Assembly (NCBI GenBank): GCA_934230415.1
Contig: CAKQEW010000001.1
Span: forward strand, 12,258-76,257
Direction: 5' to 3'
DNA: 64,000 nucleotides
Source of the DNA: an uncultured Alphaproteobacteria bacterium
Lineage (GTDB): Bacteria > Pseudomonadota > Alphaproteobacteria > Rs-D84
Part shown: positions 27,693-36,744 of the stretch, piece after piece
Layout: each line of letters opens with the position of its first letter
How positions within the stretch are numbered: the stretch's first letter is position 1
Position numbers and translations under genes: made by a program
The notes under the pieces: generated by a model
What the model saw: only the letters and a program-made list of their open reading frames with translations
What the model was told of the DNA's origin: nothing
Database searches by the model: none

Positions 27693-28811
27693 CTACATCC
27701 GCATTGGCATCAGAATGAACAACGCATCTGTATCCTTGTCTGTGGATTTGATGATTGTCGGCGATAACGGATCCTGCATTTCCATCTGGAATTTTTCACC
27801 TTCTACCTGGCCGGCAACATCCATCAGGAACTTTACATTAAATGTAACCGTGAACGATGCATCGCCATTGTATTCAATATCCAATTCCTGGGTCGCCGTA
27901 CCGGCATCCGGACTGGATGCATTAACAACCAATTTGTTCATGGAATACGTCAACTGAACCGATTTGGTTTTATCAACACTGGCAACAGACACCAGGTCAA
28001 CCGCATTCAAGAATTGCTTTCTGTCCAGAACGGCAATCTTGTCATTACCCTTTGGAATAACAACACGATAGTTTGGATACTGGGCATCAACCAATTTGCT
28101 GGTCAAAATTGCGGCACCAACGGTAAAGCGCGCCTTGGTATCAGACAATTCAACCATCACATCATCAACAGTCGCGTCTTCCAATAACTTGGACAATTCG
28201 CCAATCACACGGCGTGGCAAAATCACCGCCGGCATTTCTGCACTGCCCGCGGGGGCCGGCATCGCACACAGCGCCATACGCTGGGCATCGGTTGCAACCG
28301 CGGTCAACATTTTTTCTTTGCCCTCGTCTGCGATATGGAAATAGATACCGCCCAGGTGGTAACGAACATCATCGGTCGGAATTGCAAACTTGGTCTGGTT
28401 AATCAGATGCGCCAGGTCACCTGTGGTCATCTGGAATTTTGTGGTCAGATTGCTGCCCGCCATGGCTGGGAAATTTTCCGCCGGCAACGTTGGCAAACGG
28501 AACACCGCACGACCACTGGATACGACCAGTTGATCGCCCGCCTGTTTAAATGTGATTTCGGCATCATCCGGCAATTTACGAACAATATCGTACAACATCT
28601 GGACCGGGACTGTTGTTTTCCCACCCAATGTGATATCGGCCGCCACATGTTCAACCAATTCCAAATCAACATTTGTCGCCGACAGAATCAAATCATCAGC
28701 AACCTCTAATTTAACATTCATCAATATCGGCAATGTCGCACGCTTTTCCACAATGGACTGCATATGTCCCAGCGCACGGATTAAAACCTGACGAAATACC
28801 GAAAATTCCAT
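27693..28811 (-). CDS. dnaN: DNA polymerase III beta sliding clamp
   Basis: MEFSVFRQVLIRALGHMQSIVEKRATLPILMNVKLE... Three-domain clamp length. AGGAG RBS before the chosen start. Confidence 0.85.
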   Translation of the reverse strand: MEFSVFRQVLIRALGHMQSIVEKRATLPILMNVKLEVADDLILSATNVDLELVEHVAADITLGGKTTVPVQMLYDIVRKLPDDAEITFKQAGDQLVVSSGRAVFRLPTLPAENFPAMAGSNLTTKFQMTTGDLAHLINQTKFAIPTDDVRYHLGGIYFHIADEGKEKMLTAVATDAQRMALCAMPAPAGSAEMPAVILPRRVIGELSKLLEDATVDDVMVELSDTKARFTVGAAILTSKLVDAQYPNYRVVIPKGNDKIAVLDRKQFLNAVDLVSVASVDKTKSVQLTYSMNKLVVNASSPDAGTATQELDIEYNGDASFTVTFNVKFLMDVAGQVEGEKFQMEMQDPLSPTIIKSTDKDTDALFILMPMRM

Positions 28812-28948
28812 TATTTTGCTCCTAGGTATCTTATGGTTTCCCACATTCTTTTATCTGATTTTACCAAAAAATGCCGATTCGGTGCAAGGGTAAATACAGT
28901 TGAATTTTGTTGACAAAAAACCGCCCATTTGGGCGGCGATTATTTTGG

Positions 28949-29707
28949 TTATTTTGCCAAAACCTTGTCCAATTTTGCACGCAATTTTTTCATATCATCG
29001 TATTTTGTGAACTTGCCCTTTTCGGCAATTGATATGTCGCCGCTTTCTTCGGATACGACCAGCACGGTTGCCTGGGAAACCTCTGACAAACCCAATGCCG
29101 CGCGATGACGCGTACCGTATTTCCAATTCAAATTATTTTGCGACAGTGGCAATATCGCCCCGGCATACGCAATGCGCCCATGTTCAATTATCACCGCCCC
29201 ATCATGCAACGGTGTTTTATTAAAGAATATGGTCAGCAATAATTCACTGGTAATAACCGCATCAATGCGAACGCCTTTTTTCTCTATCACACTTTCGTCC
29301 AGTGTTGTTGGAAACACAATCAATGCCCCCGTATGTTTTTCAGACATATATTCAACCGCACTGCATATCGCGTCCAGATTACGTGTATCACGCGTGGCAA
29401 CCGCCCCCGTATGAAACATTCGGGTCCAGCCTTCTATATTTCCCATCAATGCCATAAATTTGCGCAATTCCGGCTGAAATATAACAATCAACCCCAGTGA
29501 CAGGAACAACGCCGCCCAATGCAAAAACGCCCCCAACAAATCCAGATGCATCCATGTTAATGCAAAACTGACCACCCACAACGCCGCCAGTCCAAACAAG
29601 CCACGCACTAATTTTTCTGATGATGTATTTCTGATAAAGCTGCGATAAAACAGCCACACAACAACTGCAATTATTACAATCTGAATCAACCCCAACCAAT
29701 TAAGCAT
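28949..29707 (-). CDS. cdaA: diadenylate cyclase (c-di-AMP synthase), CdaA/DacA type
   Basis: Three N-terminal TM helices, then a DAC domain with ...LHDGAVII... and GTRHRAALGLSE motifs. Confidence 0.75.
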   Translation of the reverse strand: MLNWLGLIQIVIIAVVVWLFYRSFIRNTSSEKLVRGLFGLAALWVVSFALTWMHLDLLGAFLHWAALFLSLGLIVIFQPELRKFMALMGNIEGWTRMFHTGAVATRDTRNLDAICSAVEYMSEKHTGALIVFPTTLDESVIEKKGVRIDAVITSELLLTIFFNKTPLHDGAVIIEHGRIAYAGAILPLSQNNLNWKYGTRHRAALGLSEVSQATVLVVSEESGDISIAEKGKFTKYDDMKKLRAKLDKVLAK

Positions 29708-29710
29708 TTT

Positions 29711-31825
29711 TTATTGTTCCTTTTCTGTTTCGTTTGTATTTTGTGTTTCAATTTTCATCACGGTTGCCTGTAATTCATCAATTGGTCGTGACATCCATTC
29801 TGGGTCATCACGCAAATCCGGCGCACCGCGTTGCATCGCGGTTTCACACGGATGATCATCCGCCAACCAATTTTCCAGCAAGTCCCCCGCCAGCAGGCCA
29901 ACACCCGCCCCCGCGACCAGACCAATTCCACCCGTAAATGGCGCCAACAATAACCCCAATCCTGTTGCAGATGCAACGCGACCCGCCACCGCGGCGCCGC
30001 TGATTTGTACATCAGGTTCTGCCAAATTTCCAGTGATTTCTATGGAATTTACAACATTTCCCGTCAGGGATAATTTCAGTCCACGTACCGGCACCGTGGT
30101 TAATGCCATTTTCATGGTTTCACCACCTAAATTCAAGCTGCCCGCCAGACGCAGATTTATCGCATTTGTCTCCACCGCCACGCCCTGTTGCGTTTCGGCA
30201 ACACCATTGCGTAATTTCGTATTTAACGCGATGCACTTTAATGAAATATTGTTGTACTTCTTTTCAGAACGCAACGAATCCTGAATTGCATGCCGCAATG
30301 ATGTCAGGAAATCGGTTCCATACATATATGACACCAGCGCAGAATGCGCAACACCACCACCGGCCGATTTTATCTGGACCGGGCCTGTCACTGTTGACAT
30401 TAATTCAGACAGGTTTGTGCCGTTACCTTCCACGTACAAATCAAAATTTGTTGGCAATCCAGAAATCAGGTCTGTTTCACGAACCTCACTCAAAATCTGT
30501 CCAATGGCAATATCGCGCCCGGTCGCACCGGCACGTGCGAATATGCGTCCTTCGCCATCAATCTGGCCATCGGCACCAATTACAATCTGGCCCCCCGCCA
30601 TGGACAACGACAAATCAACGCGTGCGACATTATCATTTAATTTCGCATTCAGATTTATGTCGCGCAATGCCAAATCACGGTACACAACCAGATTACCAAC
30701 CTGGGCCGTCAGATTAATATTAAATGCAGATAATTCACGCCCATACAGTGGCGTATCACGAAAAACATTTAATTCACGATCTGGGCGCACCCACCCGCCA
30801 GAATACCATTCTGGGAAAACCTGAACCAGATTTACGCCATTGGATGACAATTTCAGGTTTATCGTCGGACGCGCACGCCCCCAATCAAATGAACCCGACA
30901 CATCCAGTGAATTGCCCCGCACCGCAATGGACGATTTGCGCAATGTTAATTTATTTCTGTCAATGCCACCGGCAATATTTACCTGAACCGTTGGCATCTG
31001 GGACAAATCCATATTAATCAATCGTCCCACCGCCGCGATATCAGGGATGTCACCCTTTACAATAAAATCAATCGGGGCGCGACTGGTTCCTTCCAGTGCG
31101 ATATTCGCAATCAGTGCATTCCCGCCGGTGGAAAATGCCACACGCACAGGATATATTTTGCGTTCTGAATTATACGGCGAATACGTCAATATAAATGGGA
31201 AAATATCATCACCATTTTTTATCCACCCAGAATATTCACGCGCATCATTATTTGGCATATACCGCAATGAAAATCCCGACAACAGGTAGGTATCGTCTAA
31301 AATGTGCGCTGTCAGATTTCGCACCTCTATGCCGCCCAGGCCCGGATCATCAAACGGATACTTTTTGGGTGCGGGGGTGCTGGTTGCACCATCTGGGGTT
31401 GTTTTCTTGGACAACTTTGACGACAGAACAGAATAAACGCCATCTGAATTTTGTTCAAAACAAACCGTTGCATCATAAATTTTTACATTTTGAATTGTTG
31501 GGCGCGCCTGGAACAACGACAGTAAGTTTAATGTAACATCAATTTTATCTGCACTGAATGCATATTTATGTTTCGCCCAATCTGCATTCGGAACACGAAC
31601 CTGGTTTAGTTCAATACGTGGGCGCAGCGATAATTTCCACGATACCGCACCATCAATTTCAACCGGCATCCCGGTTGCATTTTGCAATACAGACAAAATA
31701 TTTCCACGCAATGATTCCAAGTCAACCTGGCTGATGGCAATTACAAATGCAATAACCAGCCCCATGCAAAACAGCATGACGATACGCGCGATTGCCAAAA
31801 AAGAACCTTTCTTACGTTTTGCCAA
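29711..31825 (-). CDS. AsmA-family (outer-membrane assembly) protein
   Basis: 704 aa. N-terminal membrane anchor, then a long beta-rich periplasmic region. Architecture consistent with AsmA/YhdP-like proteins. The assignment is tentative. Confidence 0.45.
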   Translation of the reverse strand: MAKRKKGSFLAIARIVMLFCMGLVIAFVIAISQVDLESLRGNILSVLQNATGMPVEIDGAVSWKLSLRPRIELNQVRVPNADWAKHKYAFSADKIDVTLNLLSLFQARPTIQNVKIYDATVCFEQNSDGVYSVLSSKLSKKTTPDGATSTPAPKKYPFDDPGLGGIEVRNLTAHILDDTYLLSGFSLRYMPNNDAREYSGWIKNGDDIFPFILTYSPYNSERKIYPVRVAFSTGGNALIANIALEGTSRAPIDFIVKGDIPDIAAVGRLINMDLSQMPTVQVNIAGGIDRNKLTLRKSSIAVRGNSLDVSGSFDWGRARPTINLKLSSNGVNLVQVFPEWYSGGWVRPDRELNVFRDTPLYGRELSAFNINLTAQVGNLVVYRDLALRDINLNAKLNDNVARVDLSLSMAGGQIVIGADGQIDGEGRIFARAGATGRDIAIGQILSEVRETDLISGLPTNFDLYVEGNGTNLSELMSTVTGPVQIKSAGGGVAHSALVSYMYGTDFLTSLRHAIQDSLRSEKKYNNISLKCIALNTKLRNGVAETQQGVAVETNAINLRLAGSLNLGGETMKMALTTVPVRGLKLSLTGNVVNSIEITGNLAEPDVQISGAAVAGRVASATGLGLLLAPFTGGIGLVAGAGVGLLAGDLLENWLADDHPCETAMQRGAPDLRDDPEWMSRPIDELQATVMKIETQNTNETEKEQ

Positions 31826-31839
31826 AATACATCCCTTGC

Positions 31840-32808
31840 CTATGGTAATTGAAATTCAAACAATTCCATAACCGATGTCATAAATGCCGGCGGCGTTGCA
31901 CGCAACGTCATTATACGGCCAGTTGTCGGATGCTGGAACGTTAACCGATATGCGAACAGGAACAAATTGTTCGTCGCAACGACCGGCACCAATGCATCCG
32001 GCGTCGCATATGCCCCACCATACAGCCCATCACCAACAATTGGCGCATTCAGTACATACGCACTGTGCACGCGCAACTGGTGCGTGCGGCCCGTTTTTGG
32101 TGAAAACATAACCCACGATAAATGTTCACCCGCATGCGATAATACGCGATATTCTGTGATGGCACGTTGTGGACGCTGGCCGGTACCATTGTTTGTGCGC
32201 GCCGGGGTGTCAAACACCTGGCCCTTTATCATATAATCATCAATCAATCCATGATCAGGACGCACATCGCCATTCAACAACGCCAGGTATTCCTTGTGCG
32301 CGGTCTTGGCCTGGAACGCCGTGGCCAGGTTCTGTGCCGCCCGCAGATTTTTCGCCACCACCAACAATCCAGATGTTTCACGATCCAAACGATGAACCAG
32401 CGATATTTTATCATACGGGAATAACGCCGCCGCCATCTTGTCCACAGATTTACGAATACCACTGCCCCCCTGGACCGCCAGACCGGCCGGTTTATTAAAC
32501 ACAACAATATCATCGTCATTGTGAATTATACACCGACGTAAATCCTCTAAATCTGCCAGGGAAAAATTATCGCCACTTTCGGTTTTCTTGGCACGCACGG
32601 CATAGCCTGCAACCGTTGGGGGCACGCGAACCGCATCACCAGCACGCAGGATTTCCTGGCCATGAACACGGCGGGAATTTACACGAATTTGCCCACCACG
32701 GCACAACCGATAAAATTCACGTTGTGGCATAGATGGAAAATTACGCAGAAACCAGCGCAACAAACGTACGCCATCTTCTGTTTCTGGAATTGTCATTATT
32801 TCTGCCAT
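31840..32808 (-). CDS. 23S rRNA pseudouridine synthase, RluA family (RluC/RluD-like)
   Basis: S4-like N-terminus. Catalytic motif HRLDRETSGLLVVAKN. Confidence 0.8.
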   Translation of the reverse strand: MAEIMTIPETEDGVRLLRWFLRNFPSMPQREFYRLCRGGQIRVNSRRVHGQEILRAGDAVRVPPTVAGYAVRAKKTESGDNFSLADLEDLRRCIIHNDDDIVVFNKPAGLAVQGGSGIRKSVDKMAAALFPYDKISLVHRLDRETSGLLVVAKNLRAAQNLATAFQAKTAHKEYLALLNGDVRPDHGLIDDYMIKGQVFDTPARTNNGTGQRPQRAITEYRVLSHAGEHLSWVMFSPKTGRTHQLRVHSAYVLNAPIVGDGLYGGAYATPDALVPVVATNNLFLFAYRLTFQHPTTGRIMTLRATPPAFMTSVMELFEFQLP

Positions 32809-32836
32809 CGCACTGTGCCTGAAAATTTTATGGGGA

Positions 32837-33316
32837 TTAATCGCCGTATGTTATTTCAACCGTGTTATTTGCCCCGGTGTTATTACAGTTACCCGATGCA
32901 CCACCATCACGACCATCCGAATTAATGTACCCAACCGAATCAGACCACGCCTTGGTTGTGAAATATTCACAGTCTGATTGGGACAATCCGGAAATAGACA
33001 CAACGAATTGGTGCGAATTTGACGGATCAACCGACAGCGCATAGGTTCCACCATATGGATTCTTGTTTGTCATGCCAATCGCACCAAAAATTGTCGCGTT
33101 GTTAATATGGGAATAATCGTCATATTCGCCCAACAACGTACGAACCTGGGTCACCATCTGCAATACTTCGTCATTGATTGCATTACGTTTCTGGGTTCGC
33201 ATTGCGGTTGAAATCATACCAATCGCGCCAACGGTTATAACACCCATAATGGCCAGAACACCCAACATTTCAATCATGGAACGTCCAGATTCTTGTTTCA
33301 TATTTATATCCCCCAT
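32837..33316 (-). CDS. type IV pilin / pseudopilin-like protein
   Basis: N-terminal prepilin motif G-RSMIE-MLGVLAIMGVIT (Gly, Glu+5, hydrophobic helix). Confidence 0.5.
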   Translation of the reverse strand: MGDINMKQESGRSMIEMLGVLAIMGVITVGAIGMISTAMRTQKRNAINDEVLQMVTQVRTLLGEYDDYSHINNATIFGAIGMTNKNPYGGTYALSVDPSNSHQFVVSISGLSQSDCEYFTTKAWSDSVGYINSDGRDGGASGNCNNTGANNTVEITYGD

Positions 33317-33351
33317 TTGCTATTTGTTTTTTTTATTCTATCATATTTAGT

Positions 33352-34776
33352 ATGAATATTCAATTTTCAGATTTAATCGCCAGCAGTCCAAATGCCCCCG
33401 GCGTCTATAAAATGTATGATGCCGATGGCAATCTGTTGTACGTGGGCAAGGCCAAGAATCTGGCCAACCGCCTGCGCCAATACGTGGATGTGTCAAAACT
33501 GGAATTGCACAAACAGGTCATGCGCAGTCTGGTTGCACGTGTTGATTGGGAAATCGTTCCGACCGAATCGGACGCCCTGATACGTGAACAGGAACTGATT
33601 AAAACACTGCGCCCGAAATATAACATTATGCTGACCGATGGGAAAATGTACCCCATGTTGGCACTGACGAATTCTGAATATCCACGTCTGTTAAAATTCC
33701 GCGGTAAAATTTCCCAACGACGCGATGTGTATGGTCCATATCCGTCGGTTGGCGCACTGAACGAAACAATCAAAACAATTCAAAAGGTATGCCAGATTCG
33801 CACATGCACCGATACATTTATGCACAACCGCGTGCGACCATGCCTGTTACACCAAATTGGACGTTGCAGCGCACCATGCGTATTACCACAATCTGATTAT
33901 GGCACGCGTGTTGGTCTGGCACGAAAAATTCTGACCGGGGACAGTGAACCAATCATCGCAGATTTAACACAACAAATGCAAAAATATTCGGCGGAAATGG
34001 ATTTTGAATCTGCCGCCGCCGTGCGTGATAAAATTGCCGAATTAACACATACATCAAATCGCGGTATACAGCGGAAACGTGCACATAGCGCAGATTTTGA
34101 TTGGACCGGTGCAACCGATGATTTGGAAAAATTTACCAACACAAAAATCACAATGGCGGGGGTATTTGATAACTCTCATTTATTCGGGCGAAATCCTGTT
34201 GGCGCAATGATAACATTCGGGCATGATGGATTTATAAAAACAGGCTATCGTCATTTCAAATTACGTAACGCGGCGGCCGCTGGAAACGATATCGCGATGA
34301 TGGCCGAATTTGTTGACCGTGCAAATAAACAAAACCTGAAACTGGATTTAATCATTGTTGATGGTGGCATGGCCCAATGGCGCATTGCGCATAAAACCGT
34401 ACCGAACATTCCTGTGCTGGGCGTAACAAAGGGCGAGGTACGAAACGGCGACGAACACTTTATTATGCCAGACGGTACAATCAATCGTGATGTACCAAAA
34501 GATTCACGTCTGTTTTTGCTGTTGCGTGCCGTCCGTGACGAAGCGCACCGTTTCGTTATCACATATCACCGCACCGTCCGGGCCAAGGCGATGACATCAT
34601 CTGTATTGGATGATATTGATGGCATCGGCCCAAAACGTAAACATGCATTACTGACCCATTTTGGTTCTGTGCATGCAATCGCCGATGCCGATATGACCGC
34701 CCTGTTGCGCGTGCCTGACCTGGGACGTGGGGCCGCTGAAAAAATTTATGCATATTTCCATTCTGGGGTGGTATAA
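33352..34776 (+). CDS. uvrC: excinuclease ABC subunit C (compact form)
   Basis: GIY-YIG (GVYKMYDADGNLLYVGKAKNL...R), UVR domain, RNase-H-like endonuclease region (IIVDGG) and C-terminal HhH. The uvrC-pgsA synteny is as in alphaproteobacteria. Confidence 0.85.
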   Translation: MNIQFSDLIASSPNAPGVYKMYDADGNLLYVGKAKNLANRLRQYVDVSKLELHKQVMRSLVARVDWEIVPTESDALIREQELIKTLRPKYNIMLTDGKMYPMLALTNSEYPRLLKFRGKISQRRDVYGPYPSVGALNETIKTIQKVCQIRTCTDTFMHNRVRPCLLHQIGRCSAPCVLPQSDYGTRVGLARKILTGDSEPIIADLTQQMQKYSAEMDFESAAAVRDKIAELTHTSNRGIQRKRAHSADFDWTGATDDLEKFTNTKITMAGVFDNSHLFGRNPVGAMITFGHDGFIKTGYRHFKLRNAAAAGNDIAMMAEFVDRANKQNLKLDLIIVDGGMAQWRIAHKTVPNIPVLGVTKGEVRNGDEHFIMPDGTINRDVPKDSRLFLLLRAVRDEAHRFVITYHRTVRAKAMTSSVLDDIDGIGPKRKHALLTHFGSVHAIADADMTALLRVPDLGRGAAEKIYAYFHSGVV

Positions 34777-34813
34777 TATGGGTATTCATGATTTATAAAT
34801 AAAGGAGAAAACC

Positions 34814-35413
34814 ATGAAATTTTTTGTAAACTTTTTATCAGCGTTCCGCATTGCGGCGGCATTTGCGATAATTCCAACCATCATGTTCGGCATGTACAAA
34901 ACGACATTCGTGCTGTACGTACTGGCGGCGGCATCTGATTGGTTTGATGGATACCTGGCACGCAAATATGATGTATGCAGCAAACTGGGCGGCGTATTAG
35001 ACCATATCGGCGACAAATTGTTAGTATGCAATACGCTGATTATGCTGGCGGTTATGATGCCGGTGTGGTTTGTTGTTGTGCCGGTAATATTGATGATTGC
35101 CCGCGAATTATACATCAGTGGTCTGCGTGAATTCTTGGGCACCCAGAAAATTGAAATGCCGGTTCCAAAGTATCGCTTTTCAATGGGCAAAATTAAAACA
35201 ACATTCCAGATGATTACCATCGCGGCATTCTTGGGAATCTTTGCAATTGGCACAATGGTTACACCACAAACAACCAGTCGCGCAATCATGTTCTTGATTT
35301 ACACGTTGCCACAAATTGGTCTGTGGGGCCTGTGGATTTCGTTGGGCGCATCATTAATCAGTGCCACACAATACACCCGCACATTCGCAGAAAAATTAAA
35401 GAAAATTAAATAA
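34814..35413 (+). CDS. pgsA: CDP-diacylglycerol--glycerol-3-phosphate 3-phosphatidyltransferase
   Basis: CDP-alcohol phosphatidyltransferase motif DWFDGYLAR...G...DHIGDKLL. Multi-TM. Confidence 0.8.
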   Translation: MKFFVNFLSAFRIAAAFAIIPTIMFGMYKTTFVLYVLAAASDWFDGYLARKYDVCSKLGGVLDHIGDKLLVCNTLIMLAVMMPVWFVVVPVILMIARELYISGLREFLGTQKIEMPVPKYRFSMGKIKTTFQMITIAAFLGIFAIGTMVTPQTTSRAIMFLIYTLPQIGLWGLWISLGASLISATQYTRTFAEKLKKIK

Positions 35414-35418
35414 CAAAA

Positions 35419-35447
35419 ATACCGGCAAAATACGCCGGTATTTTTTT
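35419..35447. terminator. Terminator after pgsA (taccggcaaaatacgccggta + T-run)
   Basis: Hairpin plus TTTTTTT. Confidence 0.55.
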
Positions 35448-35458
35448 GCATAAAAAAT

Positions 35459-35494
35459 GCGCTATGTGCACGATTTTATGCACATAGCGCGATT
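35459..35494. terminator. Terminator after dnaJ (gcgctatgtgcacgattttatgcacatagcgc)
   Basis: 12-bp perfect stem. The 13-mer gcgctatgtgcac recurs at 63311. Confidence 0.5.
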
Positions 35495-35495
35495 T

Positions 35496-36629
35496 TTAGA
35501 ACCATCCTTTTTTACCAGATTTTGTTTCTGCAAACTCTGTCAAAATCTTCTTTTGTTTTTCGGTTAACTTGGTCGGAATCGCAACGGCAACATCAATGTA
35601 TAAATCACCAAAGCTGCCGGCGCGACGTCCCGGCATTCCATGACCGCGTACGCGTAATTTTTCACCAACCTGGGTACCAGACGGAACCTTGACCGATAAT
35701 TTTTTATCGTCAATGGTTTCAATTTCTATCTCGCCCCCCAGTGCCAATGTTGTGAACGGGATTTCCGTGTGTGCAATCAAATCCGCACCAACACGCTGGA
35801 AACGCGCATCGGGCGCAACATGGATATCCAAATAGAAATCACCCGGTGTACCACCGTTCGGGGCGGCTTCGCCCTGGCCTGCCAGACGCAGACGCGCGCC
35901 ATCATCAATCCCCGCCGGGATTTTTACATCCAGTGTTCTGGATTTACGTACCGTACCGGTGCCGTCACATGCACTGCATTTTTTATCAATTTTGCGCCCC
36001 AGGCCGCCACAATCTGGGCACGGTGTTTCCATTGCGAAAAATCCCTGGCGCGTGTGAACATATCCCGAACCACCACACGTTGGACATACCGGTGCCGGTT
36101 TACCATCATCGGTGCCATTACCGTGGCATTTTTCACATGTCACATTACTGGAAAATTTAACCGTGTGTGTTGTGCCGAAATATGCATCACGCAGGGAAAT
36201 CGTAACCTCGTCCAATAAATCACGCCCGCGATTTGTTTGCGCACCGCGCGCCGCCGATGCACCAAAATCGCCAAATCCGAAACCACGCATTGCCTCGCGC
36301 AAAATATCATCCATACCGGCACCACCACCCATATCAAAATGGAATGCGCCATTACCGAATGGATTTGCACCCCCGAATCCCGCACCCGCCGACGCACCAT
36401 TACCACCGGCAAACGCCGCATCACCGAATCGGTCATACGCCGCACGTTTTTGCGGGTCTTTCAAGATATCAAATGCGTTATTTACCTCTTTAAATTTCTC
36501 TTCGGCTGACTTGTCCCCCGGATTTTTATCCGGGTGATATTGCATCACCAGTTTATGGTACGCCTTTTTAATATCAGCATCCGTCGCATCGCGTGCGACC
36601 CCTAAAACTTCATAAGGATTTTTATTCAT
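35496..36629 (-). CDS. dnaJ: molecular chaperone DnaJ
   Basis: J-domain with HPD (YHPDKN), Gly/Phe-rich linker, four CxxCxGxG zinc-finger repeats. No dnaK adjacent. Confidence 0.9.
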   Translation of the reverse strand: MNKNPYEVLGVARDATDADIKKAYHKLVMQYHPDKNPGDKSAEEKFKEVNNAFDILKDPQKRAAYDRFGDAAFAGGNGASAGAGFGGANPFGNGAFHFDMGGGAGMDDILREAMRGFGFGDFGASAARGAQTNRGRDLLDEVTISLRDAYFGTTHTVKFSSNVTCEKCHGNGTDDGKPAPVCPTCGGSGYVHTRQGFFAMETPCPDCGGLGRKIDKKCSACDGTGTVRKSRTLDVKIPAGIDDGARLRLAGQGEAAPNGGTPGDFYLDIHVAPDARFQRVGADLIAHTEIPFTTLALGGEIEIETIDDKKLSVKVPSGTQVGEKLRVRGHGMPGRRAGSFGDLYIDVAVAIPTKLTEKQKKILTEFAETKSGKKGWF

Positions 36630-36744
36630 ATCTCAGGCCTGTATTTTCTTGTTGCTGAATATATAGGCACAATACAGAAAAAATCAAGCCCTGAAAACTG
36701 TTTCGCTTGCGAAAAATGAAATTTTGCGCTAATAATATGGTGCT

